64,000 bases of DNA, taken from contig NC_135803.1 of the NCBI RefSeq assembly GCF_964213995.1, forward strand, positions 26,288,001 to 26,352,000, written 5' to 3'. This DNA comes from Mustelus asterias (lineage: Eukaryota). The notes beneath the pieces are model-generated. The model was not told the DNA's origin. It searched no databases and worked only from the letters and a program-made list of their open reading frames with translations. Positions 13,552-26,103 of this stretch are shown piece after piece (within the stretch, counting starts at the first letter, position 1; each line of letters opens with the position of its first letter). Position numbers and translations under genes: made by a program.

Positions 13552-14754
13552 CTGCCAAATAAATCTGTTGGACTTTAACCTGGTGTGGTGAGACTTCTTA
13601 CTGTGTGCTTACCCCAGTCCAACACCGGCATCTCCACATCATGGCCTCTCACCACCAGTGTCATATCCAATAATCTGTTAGCACTGTTCCTTTAAACCAC
13701 CCTGTCGACTGCCAATGTTCACTAGCCAGCGCACTCTGCACCTTTAATGGAAGTATGTGGGAGGAGCCCATGTATGCGCTATGGAAATTGCATCTAATTA
13801 ACACTTGAGTGCTCAACCTTCAAGTTTCTGGTTTAGCACCTGCAGTTAAATTCAAATGATGGTAATCAGTGGTTAGGACCAAAACTACAAGCTAAACCAT
13901 TTTCAGAAGCCTTGATTTATTATCACAGCACTCACTTACTGCCTGTTTTCACCCTCGGGTACTTCTCATTCCACAACATAAAACATTTTGTAATCCCACA
14001 TTACTGTTTCTCTTGTTCAGAGAATTATGAATGCAAATTTCTTGTTGTAGTAACCCTCCAATAACTGAGCTACAGTCATTAAACCAAAGGCTTATTATAT
14101 ATTTAAGTTTTTTTTGTTAGTGTCACAAGTAGGCTCACATTAACACTACAATGAAGTTACTGTGAAAATCCTCCAGTTGCCACACTCCGGCGTCTGTTCC
14201 CGTACACTGAGGGAGAATTTAGCGTGGCCAATGCACCTAACCAGCACGTCTTTCAGACTGTGGGAGGAACCCGGAGGAAACCCACACAGTGTAGAGGGAT
14301 ATGGTCCCCAGAAGGGTAGGTGGTTTTAGTTCAGTCGGGCAGTATGGTCGGTGCAGGCTTGGAGGGCCGAAGGACCTGTACAGCACCTGTTGCTGTAATT
14401 TTCTTTGTTCAGACAAGGGGAGAACATGCAGACTCCGCACAGACAGTGACCCAAGCCGGAAATTGAACCTGAGTCCCTGGCGTTGTGAGGCAGCAGAGCT
14501 AATCACAGTGCCACCGTGCCGCTATTTATCAAGACTTTTTTTGCCATCATCATTCCACAACAGTTTTGTGGTGCGCTACAGAGAAGGGACTGAACCTGGG
14601 AACTTGCAGCTGTAAGAATTGGGACTACACCCATTAGGCCAGTAAAAGGGATCATTCATGTGATCTTTATATTACATACTGTAAAGTGCTTTAAATGGTT
14701 GTGAAACTATTTGTTACAATTTACAATAAAAGGTCAGATGTTGAAATGTTATAC

Positions 14755-14911
14755 CTGAATGCCCCACTGTCGCTATAATACCTCTCTCCAGCATTGTCTG
14801 CACATTTATTTTCACTTTTTTCATCACCGATACACAACTGGCAAAGGCTTGATGGAAAATTTATATGTTGAGCTCCAGGGATGCAACTTTGACTGAAAAA
14901 CTCACTCACAG
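14755..14911 (-). CDS. MELTF: Melanotransferrin exon 5 ([13 protein letters not shown]...LCQLC...[11 protein letters not shown])
   Basis: FF..SC.PG, LC.LC and SGAFR motifs; canonical AG/GT boundaries; 157 bp. Confidence 0.95.
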
Positions 14912-15231
14912 CTGGAAAGAAGCAAAATAAATAATTAAGCAGCAGTGATCAGACTTGTAAGGGCATCTTGTTGATAGTCCACCTTGAATCAGAAGCTTCT
15001 GTCATTAATTAAAATTGGACTCAGAATTCGTTTGCACAAACTTCAGTTTGGATTACTGAATAAAGTTGTGAGACAAAGACTTAAAAAAAATTCCAGGGAA
15101 TTTTAACTGTTAACACAAGGTGGGAGATAAACAATAGAAAATTAGTTTATACTAAGCCTGATGGTCTCTTTTATCCTTAGTCCCTAATTTACTGAGGATC
15201 AATGTCAAGTTCCTGGATGCATTACAATTGT

Positions 15232-15571
15232 TTTATTATTCATTCGTGGGACATGGATGTTGCTGACTGGCCAGCATTTATTGCCCATCCCTAGTTGCCC
15301 TGGAGGGCAGTTGAGAGTCAACCACATTGTTGTGGCTCTGGAGTCACATGTAGGCCAGACCAGTTAAGGACGGCAGATTTCCTTCCCTAAAGGACATGAG
15401 TGAACCAGATGGGTTTTTCCGACAATTGACAATGGTTTCACGGTCATCAGTGATCCATCAATTCAAATTCCACCATCTGCCATGGTGGGATTCAAACACG
15501 GGTCCTCAGAACATTAGCTGAGTTTCTGGATTAATAGTCTGGTGATAATACCACTAGGCCATCGCCTCCCC
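15232..15571 (-). mobile_element. Second tRNA-derived SINE family (decayed copies at about 15700-16050, 19420-19730, 22030-22540, 27045-27400 and 36125-36340)
   Basis: tRNA-like head GGGGAGGCGATGGCCTAGTGGTATTATC...GTTTGAATCCC; tail GGGATGGGCAATAAATGCTGGCC...CCCACGAATGAAT. Confidence 0.8.
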
Positions 15572-16949
15572 TCTGCCCAGCTTTACACTCAAAAAAGCTT
15601 TTGATTACCCACTGTCCAAATAAAATGGGTGTCCTTAAAAGGTCTGTTATTTTGTGGTTCTTCTCAGCTGTCTGCAATTTTCCACCCACTCAGCTGAAAG
15701 GCTAGGGTAGCAGAGTGGTTATCTTACTGGACTACTGGCCCAAAACTAATAGTCTAGGGATAATGAGTTTAAATCCAGTGTGGCAGCTTGAGAATTGGAT
15801 TTTGGTTTTTAAAATAATTGCTATCATTAAAAGTGATAGTGAAGCTGCCAGATTTTTTTTTAAACCTAGCTGGTTCATTGATATATGTATAAAGTTGTCC
15901 CAGCCTAAATGAGATTCCAGTCCCACACCAATGTGGGATTGAACTCCCTTCTGCAGTAGCCCAACAAGCCACTTAGTTACATCACTAAGATGAGAAACAA
16001 ATAGCATCCTTACCAACAGTGCTCATGTCCTGAGAGTCAATGTTTTAAAATGAATCAGGCTGGCAAGTGTCAAAATAGAATACTCTGGATGTGTTTATAG
16101 GAGTGGTTCTAAACAATAAGATCTGTAAATTGTACAATCTTTAACTTCTTCCCATTCTGATGTAAGATTATTGACCTGAAATGTTAACCCTGAGCATTTT
16201 CTATTTTAAGTCTTGCAGCAGTAATTTGAGAGCATGTTTGAAGCTTTTCTCTTGCTATTGCTATTTTGTTTCTTTCCACCTTTTTGGTCAAGGCGCTGTG
16301 TGTTCTGGGACTATCATATTTTTGGTATATTCACCATACTGGGATAGTGATTTTTCCACTGGGGTTTCCCACCTGTCCTTGTGTTTGTCAAAGGAAAAAG
16401 AGGAGAGATGCCAAGCCTGTCAGCTTGCTTCAGAGGTGAGCTGTGCTGACTCACTGCTAACCTCATACCCAGTTTAGGGCCTAGCGACCTGACAGTGAAT
16501 GTTCAGAACTGGCTCCTCAGCAAAAAGAAAGAACATTTGAATCATCTGTACAAGTAAGGACCCTTACAGTTAACATGCGTTATAAAGCCAACACTGTCTG
16601 TGGCTGTGCTCTCAGTTGCACCTTCAGTTATTCTCTGTCATGTCTAAGGCATGTTGAAATGTTTTCCTATGGTGAAAGTGCCCTAAAGTGACAAAGAGGG
16701 TCCCTCTTGTTTCTACTACATCATTGCCAGACATCAAATAGGAATTTCATGTACTTTATCACACTATCATTTGGCCAGAGACTGTTTCCTACCTTCACAT
16801 TTGTCATGACAACTACTGGATACTTTGTTGAAACATATCCAGTTGAAAAATATGAGCAGCCGTTCCAAATGCTGCGAACATTTTTGCTCCATATGTGGCC
16901 CTGTACCTTTAAGGATTCTTTTAAATCTAGTCATCAGCTCTTGTAAGTA

Positions 16950-17940
16950 ATCGGTTCTGGGTCCACTGTTATTTGTCATTTATATTAATGATTTGGATGA
17001 GAATTTAGGGGGCATGGTTAGTAAGTTTGCAGATGACACCAAGGTTGGTGGCATAGTGGACAGTGAAGAAGGTTATCTCGGATTGCAACGGGATCTTGAT
17101 CAATTGGGCCAGTGGGCTGACAAATGGCAGTTGGAGCTTAATTTAGATAAATGCGAGGTAATGCATTTTGGTAGATTGAACCAGGGCAGGACTTACTCAG
17201 TTAATGGTAGGGCGTTGGGGAGAGTTCCAGAACAAAGAGATCTAGGGGTACAGGTTCATAGCTCCTTTAAAGTGGAGTCACAGGTGGACAGAGTGGTGAA
17301 GAAGGCATTCGGCATGCTTGGTTTCATTGGTCAGAACATTGAATACAGGAGTTGGGATGTCTTGTTGAAGTTGTACAAGACATTGGTATGGCCACATTGG
17401 AATACTGTGTACAGTTCTGATCACCCTGTTATAGAAAGGATATTATTAAACTAGAAAGAGTGCAGAAAAGATTTACTAGGATGCTACCAGGACTTGATGG
17501 TTTGAGTTACAAGGAGAGGCTGGATAGACTGGGACTTTTTTCTCTGGAGCGTCGGAGGCTGAGGGGCGATCTTATAGAGGTCTATAAAATAATGAGGGGC
17601 ATAGGTCAGTTAGATAGTCAATATCTTTTTCCAAAAGTAGAGGAGTCTAAAACTAGAGGGCTGAGGTTTAAGGTGAGAGGGGAGAGTTGCAAAGGGTCCA
17701 GAGGGGCAATTTTTTCACACACAGGGTGGTGAGTGTCTGGAACAAACTGCCAGAGGTAGTCGTAGAGGCGGGCACAATTTTGTCTTTTAAAAAGCATTTA
17801 GACAGTTACATGGGTACGATGGGTAAAATGGGATATGGGCCAAATGCGGGCAATTGGGACTAGCTTAGGGGTTTACAAAAAAGGGCGGCTTAGACAAGTT
17901 GGGCCAAAGGGCCTGTTTCCATGCTGTAAACCTCTATGAC
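16950..17940 (+). mobile_element. CR1 LINE 3' fragment
   Basis: SKFADDTK and LFSLERRRLRGDLIEVYKI motifs, then the 3' UTR. Confidence 0.92.
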
Positions 17941-18807
17941 TTTAATCTTTAAGGACAGTTTACATGCAAGTTCCTGATCTGCTTTGTGATGAGCTCCTAA
18001 GGTAAGGCTTGATCTGGGCCAAGAACTCACCTATATTGTATGACAGAAGTCAAAGCTGCAAAATCAGACAATGCCAGTATGCTCACATCCCAATTAGTGA
18101 CCAGAGGCCTGATCATCTACTTAATGTGTTACTGACCAATCACTGAGAAAGGTATCAACAATGATAGAGAAATTCTTCTTTACCCCAATGACGTAAAGGC
18201 TACTGAAGCCAAGTCCTAAGACGTTTTATGAATAGTTTTTCCTATATTAAAATAAATCATCATGTTATATAAGAGGATTTTTCATATCTGAAGATTTGGA
18301 TCTCCGCCAAAGCCGGTGTAATATTTACAAGGAATTCAGAAGTATGATGAAATTCTCTCCTGTGGCCTGGATGAGTGCAGCTCCAATCACACTCAAGAAG
18401 CTCAACACTATCCAGGATAAAGCAGCCCGCAATGGGTAAATGACTGTGCCTAAAGTGGAAACTGTGAGAAAATGTAATTGTAGGAAATTGGACAAAATGG
18501 AATAGATGATAACAGAAATAGGAAGTGTATGTACATATGCAGAGCAAGAGTGGATAATGGAGAGGCAGAGAAAATTACACAAAAGATTGACAGAAAGATA
18601 AACAGATGAGACAGGGAGCAAGACACATAGAATGAAGGAGGCAGATTGACAGAGACAGAAAGTGACGGATGAGAGACAGAAATAGCAACAAATGGTTATA
18701 GAGTGGTTGATGAGGGAGAGAGAGGTAGACACAGCAAGAAAGACAGAAACAGACAGAAAATGCAATCCACAGACACTGCCGTTAAGAATCAGTTACTTCA
18801 GCTTTAC

Positions 18808-18993
18808 CTTGTGGAATGTTACAACCCATTACGGACATCTTCCCTGTGTTAATCAGATAGCCAATAGGAGCACTCCATCCTGCTGCCTCATCATATCCAG
18901 TGTGACAGGATTTTAATGCTTTCAGATTGTTGATAGTGATTGAAGAGTTTGATTTTTTGACAACAGCTACTGCATAATAAAGGGTTCCAGCTT
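18808..18993 (-). CDS. MELTF: Melanotransferrin exon 4 ([13 protein letters not shown]...[20 protein letters not shown]...MGCNIPQ)
   Basis: YYAVAVVKK and SCHTG....GW transferrin signatures; ttctttag acceptor and AAG|gtaaag donor; 186 bp, phase 1 to 1. Confidence 0.95.
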
Positions 18994-19764
18994 CTAAAGA
19001 AGCAAGAAAGAAACAGAAAATGTAATAGCGCCAAATTAGTCAAAATAAATCAAACAGACCAGTTGAATGTATCAGAATTTCAACAGTACAACTCAATGCC
19101 ACACCAGACATTGTTTCTACCCACAGAACTGTTAGGAGATCTCAAACACGCTTAAAATATCCTTCAGTCTCCACCCCTCCTCCACCCAACATATAAATGA
19201 CTTTATAAACTAACCCAATTCCCTTTGCAGATTCTCCTACAAATCTCAAGATTTTTTTTCACAGGAGAAAAAGATGGAGGAGCATTTTTGCTCCTGATCC
19301 TTAAGTTATTCCGAACAGTCAGCCGTCCACTTCAACTTTTAAAACAGGAGCGTGGGGACGGGCAACCAAACCACCACAGGGAGGCAGGTTGCCCATTCAA
19401 ATATTTGAATTAATCCCAGACATCAAGAAACCCGTCGGCTAAAGGGAGGTGAAGACTGCTTGTGGGCCAGCAGGGACTGGAGTACCTGTTTGACCACTTG
19501 AGAGGGAAGATGGGAATCAACTTTGTTGGTATGGGCTTGAGTCACCGTTGGAACAGACTGGTTAAGGTCGCCAAGGTTCCTTACATGAAAGACATTAGGG
19601 AACCAGCCGTAATATTTATGGTGACCCACGGATTCACAATCACTGTTACTGATTTCCAGGTTTACTGCCATAGTGGGGTTTGAACTCAGGTTTGCTGGAT
19701 TATAAACCCACACTGTCAGATTGTTAATCCTATAACATGGCCCTGTGTGGCCAGGCGCACCCAG

Positions 19765-21170
19765 CTCATTTCAGTACAGCCTTAGTCCAAACATAGACAA
19801 AAGTGCTGAACTCAAGAGGTGAGGTGAAAGTCACTACTCTTGACATCAACGTAGCATTTGACTGGGTGTGGTATCAAGGAGCCCCAGCAAAACAGGAATC
19901 AATGGGAATTAGTGGTTGCGGTCATAATTAGCATAAAGAAAGATGGTTGTGGTTGTTGGAGGTTACTCCCAGGACATCACTGCAGGAGTTCCTCAGGGTA
20001 GTGTCCTAGGCCCAACCATCTTCAGTTGCTTCATCAATAATCTTCCCTCCATCATTAAGTCAGAAGTGGGAATGTTTGCTGGTGATTGCACAATGTTGAA
20101 CACCATTTGCGATTCCTCAGATACAGAAACAGTTCATTACAAATGCAGCAAGACCTGGACAACATTTAGGCTTGGATTGATAACTGGCAAGTAACATTTA
20201 CATCACACAAGTGCCCGGTAATGACGATCTCCAGCAAGAGAAAATCCAACCATCTCCCTTTGACATTCAATGGCATTACCGCCGCTGAATCCCCCCATTA
20301 TCAACATCCTAAGAATTTCCATTGACTATAACTGAACTGGACTAGCCATATAGAATCATAGAATCCTACAGTGCAGAAGGAGACCATTCGGCCCATCGAG
20401 TCTGCATCAACCAGAGGGAGGCCATTCGGCCCATCGAGTCTGCACCGACCACAATCCCACCCAGGCCCTATCCCTGTAACCCCACATATTTACCCTGCTA
20501 ATCCCCCTGACACTGGGGTCAATTTAGCATTGCCAATCCACCTAACCTGCACATCTTTGGACTATATAAATACTGTGGCTACAAGAGCAGGTCAGAGGCT
20601 GGGAATTCTGTAGTGAATAACTCACTTCCTGACTTCTCCAAAGCCAGTGCAATATCCACAAGGAAGAATTCAGAAGTGTGATGGAATTCTCACCACTTGC
20701 CTGGATGGGTGTAGCTCCAACAACACTCAAGAAGCTCAACACCATCCAGGATAAAACAGCCCACTTGATTGGAACCCCATCCCCCACTTTCAACATCCAC
20801 TTCCTTCAATCTCAATGGACTGTGGCAGTAGTGTCTACCATTTACAAGATGCACTGCAGCAACTCACCAAGGCTCCTTGGGCAGCATCTTCTATACCCAC
20901 GATTATTACCACCTAGAAGGATAAGGGCAGCAGATACATGGGAACACCAGCACCTGCAAGTTCCCTCCAAGTAACACTCCATCCTGACTGATAAATATAT
21001 CGGCATTCCTTCACTGTCGCTGGGTCAAAATCCTGGGACTCCTTCCCTAACAGCACCGTGTGTGTACCTACATATATGGTGCAAGAAGCCAACCCACCTT
21101 CTCAAAGGCATCTAGAGATGAGCAACAAATGCTGGCTTAGCCAACGATAGTCACATCCCATGAAAGAAAT
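19765..21170 (+). mobile_element. CR1-clade LINE (distinct family) 3' fragment, interrupted by a SINE at about 20350-20561
   Basis: AGVPQGSVLGPTIFSCFIN.L..MFA.D motifs; its 3' tail is shared with the SINE family at 15232-15571. Confidence 0.85.
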
Positions 21171-21236
21171 TGAAAAGAACTACACTACCATACCCATTAT
21201 TAATGGTAATAATCGCTGGGTCTCTATGTGTTGTAC

Positions 21237-21336
21237 CTTGATCAGAGGTCTCACCAATGACAGGCTTTAGCTTATGCTCCTTTGCCGCCTGATAGAGAGT
21301 CCCAGCATCCAACGACATTGCATCTGCTTCTTTGTT
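21237..21336 (-). CDS. MELTF: Melanotransferrin exon 3 (NKEADAMSLDAGTLYQAAKEHKLKPVIGETSDQ)
   Basis: ADA..LD motif with the Asp63-equivalent; cag acceptor and AAG|gtacaa donor; 100 bp, phase 0 to 1. Confidence 0.95.
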
Positions 21337-22711
21337 CTGATAAATGTTTGAAGAAAGTTACTAGTTAATTAATTAATTTTGAAGACACAGTTTTAATATT
21401 TTCAACAGCAACACTGTGTAATAGAAGAGTTAGTATTCATAAAGCACTTTTCAGAACATCCCCAAGCACTTTTGAAGTGTATTCACTATTGTAATATAGA
21501 ATGCACATCAGCCAAACTGCCCCCGGCAAGGTCGCACAGTGAGCGGATGTGTGTTTTCAGACGATAGTTGAGAGATAAATGTTGGCTCGGATCTTCTTCA
21601 GAATTGTGCTGTGAAATATTATCACACCCATTCTAGAAGACAGGCCTCACTCCAACATTTAATTGTGCATCACAATCCGCTGGCCTGAATTCATTGGCCA
21701 TCCAATTTAGCCCCTAATAATTCTAGGAGGCAAGGTCCTTCAATTTTTAGCGATTTGGTCTCAAATCCACCCCAGATTAATGAAAATAAAAGTATTTTTT
21801 GGTTAGCTGTGGGGCTGCTGTGTGAAAAGCATTTGGCCAATTTTGACGTAATCCCTTAAAGTTACAAAACTGAATATAATTTTGTACTGATTGGCACTAA
21901 ACCAGCAATCTTATTCAGAGTGCCCAAAAAATAGCAAGCGTAAGAAATTGAAACTAATATCATATTGCAGTGCAGCTCCTTTGAGAGTGCAGTCAACGGA
22001 CATTGTTGGGACAGTAAATTATCTTTAGGGAAGATGGTGCCATAATGGTAATGTCACTGGGCTAGTAATCTAGAAGACCAGGGATAAAAACAAATTACTG
22101 AAGATGCTGGAATCTGGAACAAAAACAGAAAATGCCAGAAAACCTCAGCAGGTCTGACAGCATCTGTGGAGAGAGGACAGAACTTCAGAGTCATCCAGGC
22201 TTGAAACATTGTGTAATACTCTGGGGATAGCAACTATTAGAATTTAAATTCAGTTATAAAATTCTGGAATTAAAAGCTAGTCTCAGTAATAGTGGCCATG
22301 AAACTATCAAATTTTGTAAAAACCCATCTGGTTCACTAATGTTCTTTAGGAGGGAAACCTGCCATCCTTACTTGGTCTGGCCTACATGGGACTCCAGATC
22401 CACAGCAACATGGTTGATTCTTAACTGCCCTATGAAATGGCCTAGCAAGCTTCTCTGTTAACAGGCAATTATGGATAGGTAAGAATGCAGGCCATGCCAG
22501 CGATGCCCACATCCTATGAAAGAATTAATTAAAAAAATAGTAGAGGAAGCTTTGTTCTGTATCTTGCCATACGTTTTGTGATCTGACCATGATCCTGATG
22601 GACGGAATAAATGTTTCAACCAAATTATTAATGTTCCTTATTTAAATAAGCATTTTTAAAATCATCTCATTCGCGGCCTCAATGACCAATTGCTCACTTG
22701 CCACTGATTTG

Positions 22712-23935
22712 AATCATAGAATGACTGCAGTAGAGAAGAAAACCATTCGTCCCATCATGTCCGTGCCATCTCTCTGCGAGAGCAATTGAGATAGTCCCAT
22801 TCCTCCATCCTTTCATTGTAACCCTTCAATGTTTTATCTTCAGGTGCTTACCGAATTCTCTTTCAAAAGCCGCAACTGAAACTGCCACGACCACTGTCCC
22901 AAACAGTGCATTCTAGATTCTAACCACTCACTGCATAAAAGGTTTTGTCGCATGTTTCCTTTGCTTCTTTTGCCAAATCACCTTAAATCCGTGTGCTTTG
23001 ATTCTTAGCCCCTCTGCCAAAAGGAACAGTTTTCTCTCTATCTACTCTGTCTAGACCTCTCATGATTTTGAACACTCTTGTCAAATCTCTTCACAATCCT
23101 CTATTCTTTCAGGAAAACAGACCCAGCTGGTCCAATTTGTAACTTAAGTCACTCATCCCTGTAAACCTGTCGGCACTCTCTGCAAAGTCTTCATATCTTT
23201 CTTAAAGTGCAGTGCCCAGAATTGGACGCAATATTCCAACTAATGCCAAACTAGAGTTTTATAAAGATTCAGTATAACTGTCCTGCTCCTGTATTTTGAT
23301 GCATTTGTTTGTTAAGCTCAGAATTCCATGTCTTTTTAACTACTCTCTCAACTTGCCCTGCTATTTTCAATGATTTATGCACATATTCATAGCCCCAGGT
23401 TTCTGTGTTCCTGCAGCCCCTTTAGAAATGAACCTTCATCTTCCTACCAAAATGTATCACTTCACACTTACCTACCTTAAATTCAATCAGCCACATGTTC
23501 ACCCATTCCACCAGCCTATCTATATCCTCTTGACGTCTATCCCTATCCTACTCAGTTCAAAACACATTCAAGTTTTGTGTCATCTGTAAATGCTGAAATT
23601 GTGCCCTCAACACCCAAGTATGTGTCATTGATAAAAATCAAGAAAAGCATTGGCCCTCATACTGACTACTGGAAACCTCACAGTATACCTGCCTCCAGTC
23701 CAAGAAACAACAATTCACCATTCTCTGTTTCCTATCACTCAGCCAACTTCATTTTCATGTTGTCACTATCCTTTTTTATTCCCTGGATTTCAACATTGCC
23801 GACACGTCCATTGTTTGCCACTTTATCAAACACCATTTCCACACCACTACACTACCCTTCTCAACCCTCTCTGTGATCTCATCAAAAAAGCTCAACCAAG
23901 TTAGTTAACCACAAATTTTCCTCTTCCATGCTGGC
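22712..23935 (-). mobile_element. Old CR1 LINE fragment
   Basis: Decayed similarity to the other CR1 copies, including the 3' tail ..ttctatgattc. Confidence 0.75.
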
Positions 23936-24029
23936 TCTCCTTAATTAATTCACATTTTAAATTAAGTCAACTGATTACAATTACACAATCAGCTGATTTT
24001 AGGATACCTGACTAAAGCAGTCAGTTTTT

Positions 24030-24495
24030 TAAGGAGGAGGACCTCCTCGTGAACCTGCTCCTGGGCCTGGCAACATTTCCACTCCATCTGACGAAGGAGC
24101 AGCGCTCCGAAAGCTTATGGTATTTGCTACCAAATAAACCTGTTGGACTTTAACCTGGTGTTGTGAGACTTCTTACAAGCTTGCCACCTACAGGGCAAGG
24201 CAACGGCGACTGAGAGTGTCATTTGACCCAACTGTCTGCCCCTCTACCGCAGCTATATTCGCGGCCGGGTATCGCCGGAGAGGGAGCATGTGGTGTCCGA
24301 GGGTACAGTTAAAACCTTCCATGCCCGCTGGGCACCGCAGGGATTGGGGTGCATTACTGACCCCTTTAATCACATTTTGATTTGATGTTTTAAGTTTCCT
24401 TTCCACTTTGTCTTTTGTTCCCTTCCTTTTTGGGAGCTGCCCCTTTTAATTTGTCCCTGAGTTAATTTGAGTTAGTTTACTTGGTTAGTCAGAAA
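24030..24495 (+). mobile_element. Tx1/L1-clade LINE ORF2 C-terminus and 3' UTR, interrupted by a Penelope fragment
   Basis: Translates as KEEDLLVNLLLGLA/KLATYRAR...CLPLYRSYIRGRVSPEREHVVSEGTVKTFHARWAPQGLGCITDPFNHILI*, resembling Tx1-type ORF2 ends. Confidence 0.65.
24084..24120 (+). ncRNA. Minimal hammerhead ribozyme motif in a short Penelope terminal fragment (about 24074-24176)
   Basis: CCAU-CUGACGA-A-GGAGC(agc)GCUCC-GAAAGCU-U-AUGG. Confidence 0.65.
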
Positions 24496-25948
24496 GATTA
24501 GCAGAGAATTTTGTGGGTAGTGCTGATGAATTAAACAGTTGAGCCAAAACTGGCCCCTTCCTGTGTGTGTGACTCAAGTGAACACTGTTTAGTTGGGTTG
24601 AGGGTTGTCTGAGTAACATAGAAATTATGAGCTGCAGGACAAGCTGTTTATTACAACAAGTAAACTTTTCATGTTTTTTCTCTGGTTCGTGGTTTCTGCT
24701 GACTTGTCTGTTGTACTGCGAAAGTCTTTGTGGTTAGCTATTTGAATAATGTGGTTAGCTGGAGAATCCGTGTCATCCTGTTTTTTTTCCCCACCAGGTG
24801 TTTGTGAAAGGAATGATCAGTCAGCTGTATTTCTTCGGTGCAGATTTTGCAACAACAAAGGGACTTCAACTCTGGTTATTTTTGTTTCTTTCCTGTTGGG
24901 GATAGCTGGGGGATATCTATAGTGGAAAATAAATAACTACGCACAGCCATACAAATATCTAGAGAGAACTTGAAACCCCCCAATAATGGGTGAGGTGCGA
25001 TGTAAAAAAAAATGTAAACCCCAAATCAATCAGCTCAGGTCCAGTTTTTTTTATAGAACTGGGATGGGAGGAGGGGATGGAGCAAGCAATGAACTTGCTC
25101 TGAGGAGGTGGGTAGCTCATTTAAATGTTTAACTAAGGCTGGATTGCCTCAGGTTTTATTTTAAACCGAATTGCCTGGATTTCCTAAGTCTCACCAATCC
25201 TGGCACTCATCCTGCCTCCCCAACTCCCCGCCAATGGACCATGGAGAGTGGACTGATTAACGGCAGGACAACAAGTTGCATGGCACCAAACCCAATGCAT
25301 CTCATCAAATCGATGCCTGCTCCAGCCCGCAGTGTGCCGTTGGATCACAGGCGACAGAAGGAGACAAGGGCACCAGTGATTCAGATTATTTCAATGGAGT
25401 CTGGAAGAGCACACCTCAACTGCTGGCCCCAGAAAAATAATACTTAAATTACCTTTATTGCCCATGGAAATCAGAGGAGCATACACAGTGCACATCCTGG
25501 CCGCTCCCAACTGATTATGGTCCTGAAATCCAGATTTTCATATTGAATGGCACCTACTACCAGAAGCAGACAAGTTTTTTAAATGCCCAGTGGTATGCCT
25601 TTTCAAAGTGGTGCTGGTCGCATCTCAGATTTAGGACTGTAAGACGACTGATCAAATTTTGAGGTTGTTAATACCAGGCCATACAAGTTAAAATCAACCC
25701 CACCACATGCATTGTTACTTGGCAAAAGTCTCTGCCAGTAGTGCAATTTAATCAATTTCTAGAACTTGTATTTCAACAAAGGAAAATAATGAGAAAGTCA
25801 TGGAAAATCAGTGAGGCCAAATTATTACTTTAGTAAAACATAGCTGTACAGACAAATATTACAGAGATTAAATATGCCTCAAAAAAACAAATGAGGCAAA
25901 TCCATTATTTTGGCAAAAGTAGGAATGGGGAAAATGACCAAAACATAC

Positions 25949-26103
25949 CGCTATCTTTTTCGCACAGTCCAATGCTGAGGTTGCTATAACACAGGATATT
26001 GAAGGATGTATTTTAGCAGATTCAAAAGCTTCCTTCATTTGGTTGCACTTGATCAACTCAAGATTGGAAATAACGCACCATCGAATCTCCTTTAACCCAC
26101 ATG
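25949..26103 (-). CDS. MELTF: Melanotransferrin exon 2 (CGLKEIRWCVISNLELIKC...LDCAKKIA)
   Basis: Transferrin lobe start motif RWC...E..KC; ttcctgcag acceptor and GCG|gtatgt donor; 155 bp, phase 1 to 0. Confidence 0.93.

Larger units (their letters stand above)
11246..13640. mobile_element. Penelope-like retroelement, fold-back (inverted) insertion with 13-bp TSD
   Basis: RT motif YIDDIF (ORF 12130-12729) and GIY-YIG motif VVYLI.C...WYTGET (ORF 12662-13114). The left arm (11246 to about 12230) is the reverse complement of the 3' end. ATGGCCTCTCACC is present at 11233-11245 and 13641-13653. Confidence 0.92.

Noticed and set aside
18520-18765. GA-rich stretch giving a hydrophobic 146-aa ORF on the minus strand
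   Set aside because: Low-complexity purine-rich intronic sequence; the ORF is a compositional artefact.
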